Shown here: positions 10,260 through 20,628 of the stretch, one piece after another
Layout: each line of letters starts with the position of its first letter
How positions within the stretch are numbered: the stretch's first letter is position 1
Source of the DNA: Malassezia furfur
Taxonomy: Eukaryota
Reading direction: 5' to 3' (one strand)
Length of the DNA: 54,194 nt
NCBI GenBank assembly: GCA_052055015.1
Contig: JBQJIT010000025.1
The notes under the pieces: generated by a model
Databases searched by the model: none
What the model was told of the DNA's origin: nothing
What the model saw: only the letters and a program-made list of their open reading frames with translations
Position numbers and translations under genes: made by a program

Positions 10260-11519
10260 ATGCGCGGAACGCCTGACGAGCCCCAGGTGGTGAGTGTGCT
10301 GCTCCTCCGGGAACCGGTGAGCGTCTCCCAGGGCACAGATGCATACCATGATGCGTTCGGGTCGTTTTGTTTACCTTCATATTCCCTTTCCGCACTCGAA
10401 TCGGGTTCATCGACGCCACGCAACGCCAACGGACAGATCGCTTACACGCCGGATGGCGAGCGGTCCCGCAGTCCTGTATCGGATCGCACGCTGACGCTGA
10501 ACCACAACATTTTTCAAGATCGCACCTATCTCATGACGCACCACTTGTCCTCTGACGATGATAGTCGCGAATACTGGATCGTCAGTTACCCAATTTTGTC
10601 GCACAAGCTGGAAAACATCCAGGCGCTGGCGGACCGGATTCTGCACGCCGTTGAAAACAAGGTGACGTACGATGGTGTCATTATCACGAGTAAACGCGCG
10701 GTGCAAGCCTGGGTCGAGGCGTGCAAACGGGTCGCGTCCATCATGCAAGAGCGACCCGACTCCAAGATGGATAGCGAGCGCATCTGGAGAACCGTGCCGT
10801 ACTACGTGGTGGGGCCTGCGACGGCCAAAGCACTCACGTCGGCACGCCTGGCCCCCATGCTCCAACCGCGGGAAGTGATCGGCGCCTCAGACACGGGCAC
10901 GGGCACTGCGTTGGCGCAATGCATGGCCCAGCGCTTCGCGGCCCAGAATGTGAGCCAACCTCAGCGCTTGCTCTACCTGGTAGGGAGCAAGCATTCCCTT
11001 TCTCTTCAAGAGACTTTGGAGGAGCTCAAGGCTCCGGTGGAACTGGATGAGCTGTGCGTGTACAGCACGGAAAAGGATACCAACTTTGAATACCATTGCC
11101 GACTTCTCTCAAAAGAGCTACCGCGCGTGGACGCAATGCAGAACTTGCACAAATCTTCATCACTCCTCGGGCGTCACCATAACTTAATGCTCACGGAGCT
11201 TGACACCGATGGAGACACGAGTTCGCCCATGGAGAGCCCTAACGTGGGCACCCCCCTCTCGCAAGGCCAGGCCCCCAAATGGATCGTTTTCTTTTCACCA
11301 TCGGGCGGCGACTATGCATTGTCCGACCTCGAAGCGTACAATTGGGTGCGCAAGGGCGAGACGGGCAGCGAAAAATCTATGTCAAAAATTGCGTGCATTG
11401 GTTCTACGACAGCCACCTGGGTGCGCGAGCGGCTTGGCGTCGAGCCAGACGCCATTGCGGAGCGTCCTACACCCGATTCGCTCCGCGATGCCATTGTAAA
11501 TTCCGAGCGTGCCGATTAA
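10260..11519 (+). CDS. HEM4: Uroporphyrinogen-III synthase (HemD/Hem4 family) with insertions
   Basis: VLLLREP...DAY, YDGVIITSKRAVQA, YVVGPATAKAL, LLYLVG, WIVFFSPSG and IACIGSTT follow the Hem4 motif order; first plausible ATG 10260. Confidence 0.82.
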   Translation: MRGTPDEPQVVSVLLLREPVSVSQGTDAYHDAFGSFCLPSYSLSALESGSSTPRNANGQIAYTPDGERSRSPVSDRTLTLNHNIFQDRTYLMTHHLSSDDDSREYWIVSYPILSHKLENIQALADRILHAVENKVTYDGVIITSKRAVQAWVEACKRVASIMQERPDSKMDSERIWRTVPYYVVGPATAKALTSARLAPMLQPREVIGASDTGTGTALAQCMAQRFAAQNVSQPQRLLYLVGSKHSLSLQETLEELKAPVELDELCVYSTEKDTNFEYHCRLLSKELPRVDAMQNLHKSSSLLGRHHNLMLTELDTDGDTSSPMESPNVGTPLSQGQAPKWIVFFSPSGGDYALSDLEAYNWVRKGETGSEKSMSKIACIGSTTATWVRERLGVEPDAIAERPTPDSLRDAIVNSERAD

Positions 11520-11532
11520 TGTGACTTCTTTT

Positions 11533-12922
11533 TCACGAGCGCTTGTGCCACATGAACCACTGGACGATGATCACCAGATCAAACACCAGGGTGCCAGCCG
11601 AGCCAAGCAAAAACGGCAGACTTTCCATCAGGAAAGCACGCCGCTCAGGACCCACCGCTTTCGGGTTCGATAGGATGCTGACCGAGTATAGCAGGTTAGC
11701 CACGAATGCAGAGATAAAAAGTAGCAGGGACAACCCTTTCACAGAACGGCGCTGGAAGTTGGTCCAGATTTGAGGCATGCGCGAAGTCATGTAGAGCAAT
11801 GTACAGAGCCATGCAAGCACGCGCCCCACCAACTGACTGAATGCCAAAGGAGGCCTGCGGCGTTCGGTGCGGTCCGGCTCAGAGTCATGTGTTGACATAT
11901 ACAGCAAAAACGGATGACGCGGCGCTGCCAAGTGAGAGGTATCGTGCAGCGTCGAAGAGGAGTTGGCGAGCGGATGCAGGCCCAGCGCCGTTGTGCGCAT
12001 CGTGCTTGGCACTAATCCCGTATCACTGCCAGGCAGCCGAGCAAAGGCGAAGAGAGCACCAATGCCCAGCAGCACCATCGACGACCCACGGCGTGTGGTG
12101 CCTGGCCGCGGTGCCAGGAGCCGGTGGCGACGCAGATGCTGGGCAGGAGCCACGGCGTGGCCATCATGCTGCATATCCAATGCGCCATTCGCCAGCATTG
12201 CCGCTTCTGTCAGTGGCACAAGCAAGCGCTCGCGTCGCCGGCCACGCGCGAGCGTTTCGGTGGTCGACTCCAAGTCCGACGGCCCAGAGATGTCCTCGAG
12301 CGAGTCGACCATGTTTGCACGGCGAGTATGCGAGCGGTCCACAGTTTGTGAGCGGCGTGCATGTTGTTTTCCCTTTCCACGGGACTTGGGTGTGATGTAC
12401 GCGTCGGACGACTTGGCGCGTGCCAACTCCGGGCGCGACTTGGACGCTGGCGCAGCAACGCGATGCCGCGACGATCGCGACGACCGAGTGTTGATCGAGT
12501 ATGATCGGTTGGGGTGGTCCAGACCGCGCCGGTAACGCGTGACCAACAGCGGCGAGCGCTCCGTCACATAGGTCCCGGTGCGTGTGGGCGGGGATGCCTT
12601 ATGGTAGGCTGGATTAGAGCACTAAAACGCACCAAAGTATTGCGCGCAGAGGCACAGGTCCACCATAAGCATGTACGCAGCAATCACAATCTGCATAAAC
12701 AGCTGCTTGGTGAGCACGCTGCCGATTAAATTGGTGACATCGCCAAGCGTCCACTGTAAAAGGAAGACGGGGGAGATGCCCTCGACACTCCTTGTCACGT
12801 AATTCGTGTACAGTTGTCTAGGTCAAAGCGCTCACATACGGAGACTGTGCAAAAATCCATACGATCAGGCTTCCTGTGCCTGATAGGTGCGACACCGTCG
12901 CGCGACTGAGTGTCGCCCCCAT
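11533..12922 (-). CDS. PQ-loop vacuolar/lysosomal amino acid transporter (Ypq/PQLC2-like)
   Basis: ATG 12922; introns 12839-12818 (22 nt, splits the first PQ motif SP|QLYTNY...SVEGISPVFL) and 12632-12609 (24 nt, in-frame TAG); second PQ loop SRMPQIWTNFQRRSVKGLS. Confidence 0.88.
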
Positions 12923-12986
12923 CGTTGGCAAGGAAGGAGCACGGCCCTCCGGACTCCACGTGACCCTACCCACGGTCTCCACAAGC

Positions 12987-13578
12987 ATGAGCCGACGCAC
13001 CGCCGCGGCGCCTGACCGGCATGCGCTCCTCACGGGCCACGCGTATCCGTCATCCTCGTCGGTGCGGGTAGCTAGCCCCGCCGTCACCGAATATAACACG
13101 CCGCTTCGTACGGCGTCTCCGTACGAAAATCCGTACGGTGACATGCAAGGTGCGCCCAAAAAGGAAGCGTCCAGCAGCGGCGGCTTTGTGAGCCTGTTCC
13201 AGGGCACGGCTGCACAGCAGCGCAGCGCAGCGGACCTCGAAGAGCAAAACGATACTCGGCTTAATGCGCTCAGCGAGCGCATCAAAATGTTGAAAGACGT
13301 ATGTCCCTCCGCTCACCAAGATCTCGACGGGGATCGGAAACGAAGTGCGCGAGTCTACAAGCGAGATGAACTCGTTGGTGCGTGAATGGTGTAACCCAGA
13401 ACGACGTCTTCTCCAACGCATCCGCCTTGCTCGGCTCCACTTTCTCGCGGATGAATGCTATGGCACGGCGTCAAAAGGGCTGGTTCTGTAATATGATGCT
13501 GTTCATCCTGTTGGTGATTTGGATCTTTGTACGTATACTCGGCTAATCAAGGTCTTTCTATGGTGGTGGCGGCGATAG
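12987..13578 (+). CDS. BET1: Bet1/Sft1-like Qc-SNARE with C-terminal transmembrane anchor
   Basis: Introns 13299-13320 (22 nt), 13378-13399 (22 nt) and 13529-13551 (23 nt) give LEEQNDTRLNALSERIKMLKDISTGIGNEVRES...RMNAMARRQKGWFCNMMLFILLVIWIFVFLWWWRR*. Confidence 0.85.
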
Positions 13579-13605
13579 CAAATACATAATCTACAAAGCA
13601 AGGAA

Positions 13606-15230
13606 TTATGGAGAGACACTTTCCCCGTTAGCGTTCGTCGTCGTGATGCCAACGCCTTTGCATGAGTTGAACACGGGCAGGCAAGACAAATAGCGACACC
13701 AGCGACAGGCTTGGCGAGGGTCGGTGCTGCGGTAAAAGTTGAGGCTTAGCGCAACAAAGAAGGCGATCAGTAGCCCTGCTCCAATTAGGCGGAGCACCCA
13801 CGTCCCAATCATGTGCGCACGCGTCGCATGAATCGAGGGCGCAAAGAACATGCCTCCGAGGATCCCAATACAGAATCCGCCAATGTGGGAAAAGTTGTCA
13901 ATCCCAGGCAGCAAGCCTAGCGCGAGACCAATCACCGCGAATATGATAGAGATTACGATGCGTGTACGTGCACGGTTTTCCTGCGTCAGTCGAGGCATAC
14001 ACACGTATTTCCAATTGTAAACGAGATCGATGATCTCCAGGCTGATGCACGTATAGATCGAGCCCGAGGCGCCCAGCGCAGGCTGTCCAATCAACCCAAA
14101 GTTACCGCCTAGCAGATTCCCACCGATGCCGCCGGCCATGAACACCACAGTGTAGGCCACGGAGCCAATCAGCTTTTCAATCTGACAGCAAAGTGTGAGG
14201 AGAACAAGAAGATTGAATATGATGTCTGGGTGAGCGGAATACGTACGGACGATGCCAGAGTGCAAGAACTGATGTCAGTAAGTCGACGTACAATTGCCGA
14301 AACAAATCGCCAGGACTGATCCGGATTCTGTGCATCCGACAGGCCGCAGATTTGCGATAGAGGGCACAGCTGGCTGTCGGTAAACATGTTCGTGGAGCTT
14401 GTCGTGTATTCCAAACAGGGCAATTTGTTGGTCGCTGGAAGGCCGGGAACATTTCGCATGCATGGCACGAAGCGTGCGCCAAACGAGATTAAAAACTCGA
14501 CCGAAGGACCAAGCATAGGCTGAACTTGGGGGTGAGTCTGAATGGCCTGGCCAGTCGTCTGTTTTGCAAGGATGAGCTCGGCAATAAAGGCGCCAACCAT
14601 GCCGAGCCTGTGTGAGTCGACCAAACTGTGTACGTACGCAAGAAACCAGCTCACAATCGGCCAAGATTGTCGCCCCACACCGCGTTGACGCTGGTCAATC
14701 TGACGCTGTAGCAGGTCGGGGTTTGACCAAGTAAACTTCCCAGAATGTTCATTGTTTCCCGCCGTATAGGCCTCATGGTGGGATGACGAGCCCATCCAAT
14801 TGGTGAGCAGGGAAGGCTTGTGAGATTGTTCAGAATATAATGGCTGGTCCAGTTGCCGCGCCTCATCGTACTCGTCTTCGGCAAAGTTCATGGTGCTACC
14901 ATGCTTCGTCAATGGTAGCTCCGCTTCGCTTTCCCCCCAAGTGTTGACATAGCGCGAGGGAGAATAGGGAGGAATAGAAGTCATCGACTGGGCACCGGGA
15001 GGTGAAGCACGGAGGTATGGTTGCTGTGCATAGGCCTGACCAACATCGTAGGGGGCCGTCCGTGTAGGCTGCATGACGCCAGTTTCATATATTCCATCGT
15101 GGGCATGTTCGAGTTGGTACACGCTTTCGGTATCGTAGGCCGCTGGGCCGTTGTAGGGCGCATCTGCTACAGGTTTAGAGCTTTGAATGTGCTGTTGCAC
15201 TGATGAGAAAAGGTCCTCATCCCTGTTCAT
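13606..15230 (-). CDS. Rhomboid-family intramembrane serine protease
   Basis: ATG 15230; introns 14637-14608, 14291-14269, 14246-14226 and 14004-13981 give QSWRFVSAIFLHSGIVHIIFN, catalytic GASG and DNFSHIGGF. Confidence 0.88.
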
Positions 15231-15394
15231 GGTGCGGAGGCTGCGCGCACGTAGGGGGATCTCACACCCAAACCTTGTGTTGTTGTCCGATGACAATATC
15301 TCCGGAGACACAGCCAGAGCAACACGAAAAAAATTCCAAAATCCACCACTGGAGAGAGATCCCTCCACACGAGACGCGTCGAGAAGAGGGTGAC

Positions 15395-16279
15395 ATGGCC
15401 GCGGATGCGCACAGCACATTGCGCAATGATACCATCTTACGCGTGAAGCGGAAACGTAATGAGGATCCAATTGATGCATTTGTTTTTGAACTAAATGCAC
15501 AAAATGCCAGGCGGCGCATCGAGCCAGAGGGACGCGACATTGGCATGTTTCGCCTGGCAGAGACCGTACAACAATCCCTGCATTCTACTGAGGATCGCCG
15601 CGTCATTGAGGCCGAGTGGGATGCAAATCGGCGCAAAATCGCTATTAAACGCAAGCGGGATAATGCATCAGATGATGGGACACGCAAAAAGACAGCACCT
15701 GAACAACACAATAAGATGAATCATTTCGCAGACATGCTTGCTGACTACCTGCAACGTACGCATTAAACTAACCCAGTTGATCCCAAAGAAACCAAGACAG
15801 GAAAAGAGGGTGAATATGTGTATGATATCTATTATCGACAAACCATGCCTGCACATTGGCAGCTGCCAAAAACAGCGCCTCCCCACGTCGGCCCCCCGCA
15901 AATTGGACGAGCCAGCACAAAAGCCAAATCGTACTCGCCCGTGCCATTGGGCCGCAGCCATCATTCCACGACTAGTGCCCCAGGATTCGAGCATTTAACG
16001 AAATACCAAGCATCCAACCAGCCCATTGAAGACGATTGGGAAGAGGAAGATTTGATCCCTGTATTCTTCCGCTCAGCCGTGGATGAAGAGGGCCGTACAA
16101 CGATCGTGCCTATTTCTTCCACCGGCCAGCGCCTTGCAGAAACACTTTTGGTCGAGGAAGAACTGACCGCACCGCCATCCATGTTGGGAGAGGACGAGGA
16201 CAGCAACGACGAGGACTTTTACGGGAACGACTACCCGGATCGGGACGAATGGGACGAAAGCAGCGAGGCCTCGTTCTAA
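15395..16279 (+). CDS. IWR1: RNA polymerase II nuclear import factor Iwr1
   Basis: N-terminal ILRVKRKRNEDP; a 21-nt intron 15756-15776 removes an in-frame TAA and links to EYVYDIYY; C-terminal EDEDSNDEDFYGNDYPD is the Iwr1 signature. Confidence 0.8.
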
Positions 16280-16429
16280 CACGCATGCAGTTTAGAATAA
16301 GAAGAGGAGCATTATCTATACAACGAAAACACTCTCACGATCTTTTCAGAACTAGCTAATGATTACCGTTAGGCAACCAAAACTCAGAACTTCATCGAAA
16401 GGGGAGCAATTTTTGGATTATCTGTACAT

Positions 16430-17626
16430 TTAGACAGGCCAACCTGTGGCCTGTGTCTCCTGTAGAGGTGGGTTTACACCCCAGGAGGTTTGAGCTTCGG
16501 CAAACGATATATTTGTCGCTGCTGGAACATTGGGGGGCACTGGCTCGGCAGAGTCAGTTGGCGCACCCGATTTCCGTGCCCGAAGATGAACACCCAGATA
16601 GTGCCGGTTTTTGTCATGTTTCCGAGCAAAGCGCTTCCCGCAGCTTTCCAAGGGGCACACGAAAGGTTTCAACCGGTTCTCAATGGCCTCGTGGGTTGTA
16701 ATGTGCATCTTCCGGTTGTAAGCACGCTCAAACATCTTGTGGCAGATGGGGCATTCGTACAGACGAGATGCCGTGCGTTTGTTCCCAACCAGCCCAATTT
16801 CCGCTACAGTCGCGGCAGACCGTTTCGATGCCGGCGACGTGGAGGTAGCCGTCGGACTACCTCTTGATACAGCAAGTGAGACCGAAGTCAGACTCGTTTG
16901 AGCGGCTGCGTCTTTGCTGATCACGGGCTTCACGACACTGACCATGGGGTCCACATTGGTACCGACGCCCGAGGCCGAGTAAATTTGCCGGTAAGTTTCC
17001 GGGAAGTAGTTCGTCTGTAAGTTGGCTGCCGGCGGTGGCGTGTGGGGAATAACCGCGGAGTTCATCGGAAGAATGCACGGCATTTTCGACAAAGTCTGTA
17101 GCTGTCCTTGTGCACTTCCCTCGGTTGTTGCCGATGCCATTTGAGTAAGTGGCACGGCCTGCGACAAGAAACCATAGAGGTCGTGTTCAGGGTTAGACAT
17201 GAGCGAGAAAGAATTTGTAGTGTAGTCACCCGAAAGTGGATTTGTAGCCGTCAGATTGTGACGCATTAGGTTCTCTCCCACAGCTTGGGGTAGGATACGG
17301 CCTCCGAGATTCTGGTTCATGGGTTCGTACACGCCAAACGAGAAGCCCGTGGGGCTGGGCAAGAGTTCGGGGAACGAGGGTTTGTTGGTATCCTCTGGTA
17401 TCTGTTTCCCATTTGTCACCGTGAACGGAAGAAGAAGGGGAAACTCGGAGGGCTCGGACAAGGTCGAGATGGTATCACTCAGAGTTGGATGGGCCACATC
17501 CCGCAATGCAAGCTCCAGAAAGGGATCTTTCTCGAGGATTGGGTTCATGACTTCATCCATCACGAAGAGTTTCGATGCCATCCGAGCATCGAAATCGTAA
17601 AGCTGGTTGGGGCCCATAGAAGCCAT
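16430..17626 (-). CDS. C2H2 zinc-finger transcription factor (two fingers, Crz1-like recognition helices)
   Basis: CPICHKMFERAYNRKMHITTH and CPLESCGKRFARKHDKNRHYLGVH; first ATG in frame at 17626. Confidence 0.82.
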   Translation of the reverse strand: MASMGPNQLYDFDARMASKLFVMDEVMNPILEKDPFLELALRDVAHPTLSDTISTLSEPSEFPLLLPFTVTNGKQIPEDTNKPSFPELLPSPTGFSFGVYEPMNQNLGGRILPQAVGENLMRHNLTATNPLSGDYTTNSFSLMSNPEHDLYGFLSQAVPLTQMASATTEGSAQGQLQTLSKMPCILPMNSAVIPHTPPPAANLQTNYFPETYRQIYSASGVGTNVDPMVSVVKPVISKDAAAQTSLTSVSLAVSRGSPTATSTSPASKRSAATVAEIGLVGNKRTASRLYECPICHKMFERAYNRKMHITTHEAIENRLKPFVCPLESCGKRFARKHDKNRHYLGVHLRARKSGAPTDSAEPVPPNVPAATNISFAEAQTSWGVNPPLQETQATGWPV

Positions 17627-18034
17627 GGGCACAAGAGATCTTAGTACGACGAAGCTGAGGCGCAACTAATTCTCGGAAGGCACGACTTCATGCCGTGGCG
17701 GTGCGCTCAGCAACGAGTTACTTTGGCGGCGTGTGTTTGCCAGGAGAAGAAACACTTGGTTGCCCTTGAAATCGCCTCTCGACGATTATATGGCACAAGC
17801 TCCGCAAACCCTATATAGAAAAGGGTGGCTCTTCTGCAGGGAACGGCGCAAACAGTAAAGCAAAAAGCCACTGGTGCCTTAAACCACGGTGATTCGGCCG
17901 AAAACACCCTTCCCAGGTGGCCGCCGATCTGTGAGACAGCCCGTGCCCCAAATGCCAATTTTTTATTTGCTCAAAAAAAAAAAATTGCCGCCGACCGATG
18001 AGGGTCGATCTATCGGGCGTGTGAGAAGATAAAT

Positions 18035-20059
18035 CTACATGGATGCAAGAGCCGTTCGGCCACTCGGAGCATGGACCAAGACGGAGTTTCGTTTCATAGG
18101 GTGAAGGGAGAAATTACCGTTAGACAGGTCTGGTTGGTCAAGTCGGAGAGGGACAGCAAGCTGTTGTGCGAATTTCAGAACCATCCGTGCGTGGTTTTCA
18201 CAGAAGGGACGGTCACCCACGCTGTAGTACTCATCCAGCTGTTTCCCACAGAGATTTCCGGTAGAATCGACGTGTCCACATGTGAAGCAATGAGTGTGGT
18301 ATTTACGGAGGTCGGCCTCCCGGTATGCGCCTTCAATGCCTTGATTGCATTGGGCACAGAAAGTATTGCATTTTTTGTGGTAATGCTGGTAGCAATAGGG
18401 TTGGTCATCCAGCACATAAAATACCTCGGAGCGTAGGTTTTTCGGGCATGATGAGCAATGGAAACAGTCCGGGTGGTAAACGCCGCTCAGCTTTCCATCC
18501 ACGCAGCGAATCTTGGTTTGCTGGATAGCTTCATGACAGCGACGGCATTCCAAAGGGTCTGCAGGCGCTGCCATGAGTTTGTCCGATGAAGGCACCTCCG
18601 TAGAGCTCGAAGCAGTCGACAGGCGACTGCTGATCCATTGCTCTGCAGTGAAGCCATTCTCGTCATCGCTCTCCGACTCATCGGAGGGAGGCTCCGCAAG
18701 CCGTGGTACCGTGCGAGAGGGCATGAGCATCTCAGCTAGTGGCTGAACAGGGACAGTAGGCAAAGATTTGTTGCTCTGAGGTGCATCGTTTGGCACCGCA
18801 GCCGGCTCTGGTATAGCTGAATGGGAAACCACGCTTGGTTCCGGTGCTCCCTTGGTAGACTTTACACCGTACGACAGGGTAGAGTAACGTGAGGGAGCAT
18901 CCATGGACTCGTCGTCGTCGCTCGCATCGTAGAGCACAGAGGTGTTCCACAGGAATGCGTCAATGGCATCTAGACCGGACTGACGAAGCTCTTGCTTCAT
19001 GTTGAGATGCGGGGATTCCGGTCGAGACAGAGGCACAGACATGTCGGGGGACAATGCATGTTTCGAGTAGTCCGATTTGGCACTTGATCGATTGTCCACA
19101 CTTGTAGCAGGGGTGGTGACGCTCCGGTGCGAGGTCGTGGGAGAGTCCCACACGTCCCGAGGCTCGGTTGCACTGGAAGTAGAGTAGGACTCCATGTAGG
19201 GTCCCGATTCAAAGCCCTGCACTTGTTCTGTTTCTTGCACGTTTGGTTCGTTGCTCAATTTACGAGGAAGGATTGACGATACTTCGTCCAGCTTGGGGCT
19301 GGTGGAAAGGAATGTGTCGAAGCGCGATGTGTCCTCGAAACTCTTCGGTGTCCCTGCGCCAAACTCGGGGCTCTTCGGCGTATGAAGACCTCGGTACGCG
19401 CCATTTTCTCGTATGTATGTCTCCACAAGGATTTTGGGCCGAGTGGAAGAGGGTGTGCCCGGCCGTGTCGTAGAGGCAGTCTGGGGTGTCCTGCGGCCCT
19501 CAGCAAAGGACTTGGCAGGCGTAACAGGGCGTGAGCCCATTGGGCCATCTGCTCCTCCCAGCTCAGGCGTAGGGAGCCCGCGTCGGGAGGAGAGCGAGGA
19601 TGCAGCAATCGACTGTGCCGGAATCTTGTGTGATTCGTGCAAAATCGATGCTGGGGCGCTGACCACAGGTGGTGCAGCAGGCAAGGACGGCACGGGACTG
19701 GCGATACGTTCCGTCTGGGATGTCAAAGAGCGGTGCGTTGGCGCCATGGCGTGGTTGGTATATTTGTTTTGACGCAAGATGGGCGTGGGCGTCGCAACAC
19801 GCATAGCTGCTGGGTTGTCAATTGCCTTGGCAAAGCGCGGGAAGCGGCCGCAACTGAGCCGCGAGTGGGATGCAGTCGTTGCCTGGTCAATTTGATCAGG
19901 AAACCACTCCGAACGCGTCGGGCTCTTCAGCGACGCGGTGGGAGACACCGGTGAAAGCGACGCTGACGCTTCGTCCCCATGGCGGGCCATAAGCCGCCTG
20001 ACCCCCACACCCGCAAAATTGGGCGTGGGTGAGGGATTAGCATCATCATAGATTTCCAT
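18035..20059 (-). CDS. LIM-domain protein (two C-terminal LIM domains, long S/P/T-rich N-terminus; paxillin/Pxl1-like)
   Basis: CRRC...YHPDCFHCSSC...YCYQHY and CAQC...YHTHCFTC...FCENH; first ATG at 20059 (start uncertain). Confidence 0.78.
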   Translation of the reverse strand: MEIYDDANPSPTPNFAGVGVRRLMARHGDEASASLSPVSPTASLKSPTRSEWFPDQIDQATTASHSRLSCGRFPRFAKAIDNPAAMRVATPTPILRQNKYTNHAMAPTHRSLTSQTERIASPVPSLPAAPPVVSAPASILHESHKIPAQSIAASSLSSRRGLPTPELGGADGPMGSRPVTPAKSFAEGRRTPQTASTTRPGTPSSTRPKILVETYIRENGAYRGLHTPKSPEFGAGTPKSFEDTSRFDTFLSTSPKLDEVSSILPRKLSNEPNVQETEQVQGFESGPYMESYSTSSATEPRDVWDSPTTSHRSVTTPATSVDNRSSAKSDYSKHALSPDMSVPLSRPESPHLNMKQELRQSGLDAIDAFLWNTSVLYDASDDDESMDAPSRYSTLSYGVKSTKGAPEPSVVSHSAIPEPAAVPNDAPQSNKSLPTVPVQPLAEMLMPSRTVPRLAEPPSDESESDDENGFTAEQWISSRLSTASSSTEVPSSDKLMAAPADPLECRRCHEAIQQTKIRCVDGKLSGVYHPDCFHCSSCPKNLRSEVFYVLDDQPYCYQHYHKKCNTFCAQCNQGIEGAYREADLRKYHTHCFTCGHVDSTGNLCGKQLDEYYSVGDRPFCENHARMVLKFAQQLAVPLRLDQPDLSNGNFSLHPMKRNSVLVHAPSGRTALASM

Positions 20060-20628
20060 GCAAGGCCGCGATCGTTGCTCTCGTGACAGAGGAGCAGCTT
20101 GCACGACACCTGTTTGCCGACTAACGCCAAGACGCCTGAAGCGAAGGGTGGACCGCGTACAGATCAGACGGCACGGTCGCCGAGTAGCCACTGTGCAGTG
20201 TAATGCGCTGCAAGTGCATGCATGCTGCGAGCTTGTCTTGAGATCTGGACCCCCCACCTCCCTTGCAGGGTCGACTCGCGGAGAGGCGCGATTGAAATAT
20301 TGACCAATCAGAGTGTGTGGATCGGTCAAGATATCTGCACGCACCAGCTACTACGCCATGCATATGCACGTTTATATGCTCGGGCTGCAGAATTGTAAGA
20401 TCCACATTGCGCCCAATGCACCGCGCGCCTACTTGTACACTATGTATAGAAGGGGCGCGCCGACACGCCTACTAAGCGCGTCGCACGCCCGCATTGGCAG
20501 CATGGACTGCAAAAAGCCCACCGAGTGACAATGGTAACATTAGTTGGTAGAATGGAAGAGTCATAGGAGAGAGCGAGGATGACACCAAGCCCACAAATGT
20601 GCACGAAAAGCGAGAGCCAGACAGCCCA

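Noticed and set aside
10025..10429. N-terminal extensions of CIT1 (to 10429) and HEM4 (from 10029) that would make the genes overlap
   Set aside because: The extensions lack homology; the CIT1 ATG at 10024 gives a normal mitochondrial presequence and the interval contains promoter-like motifs.
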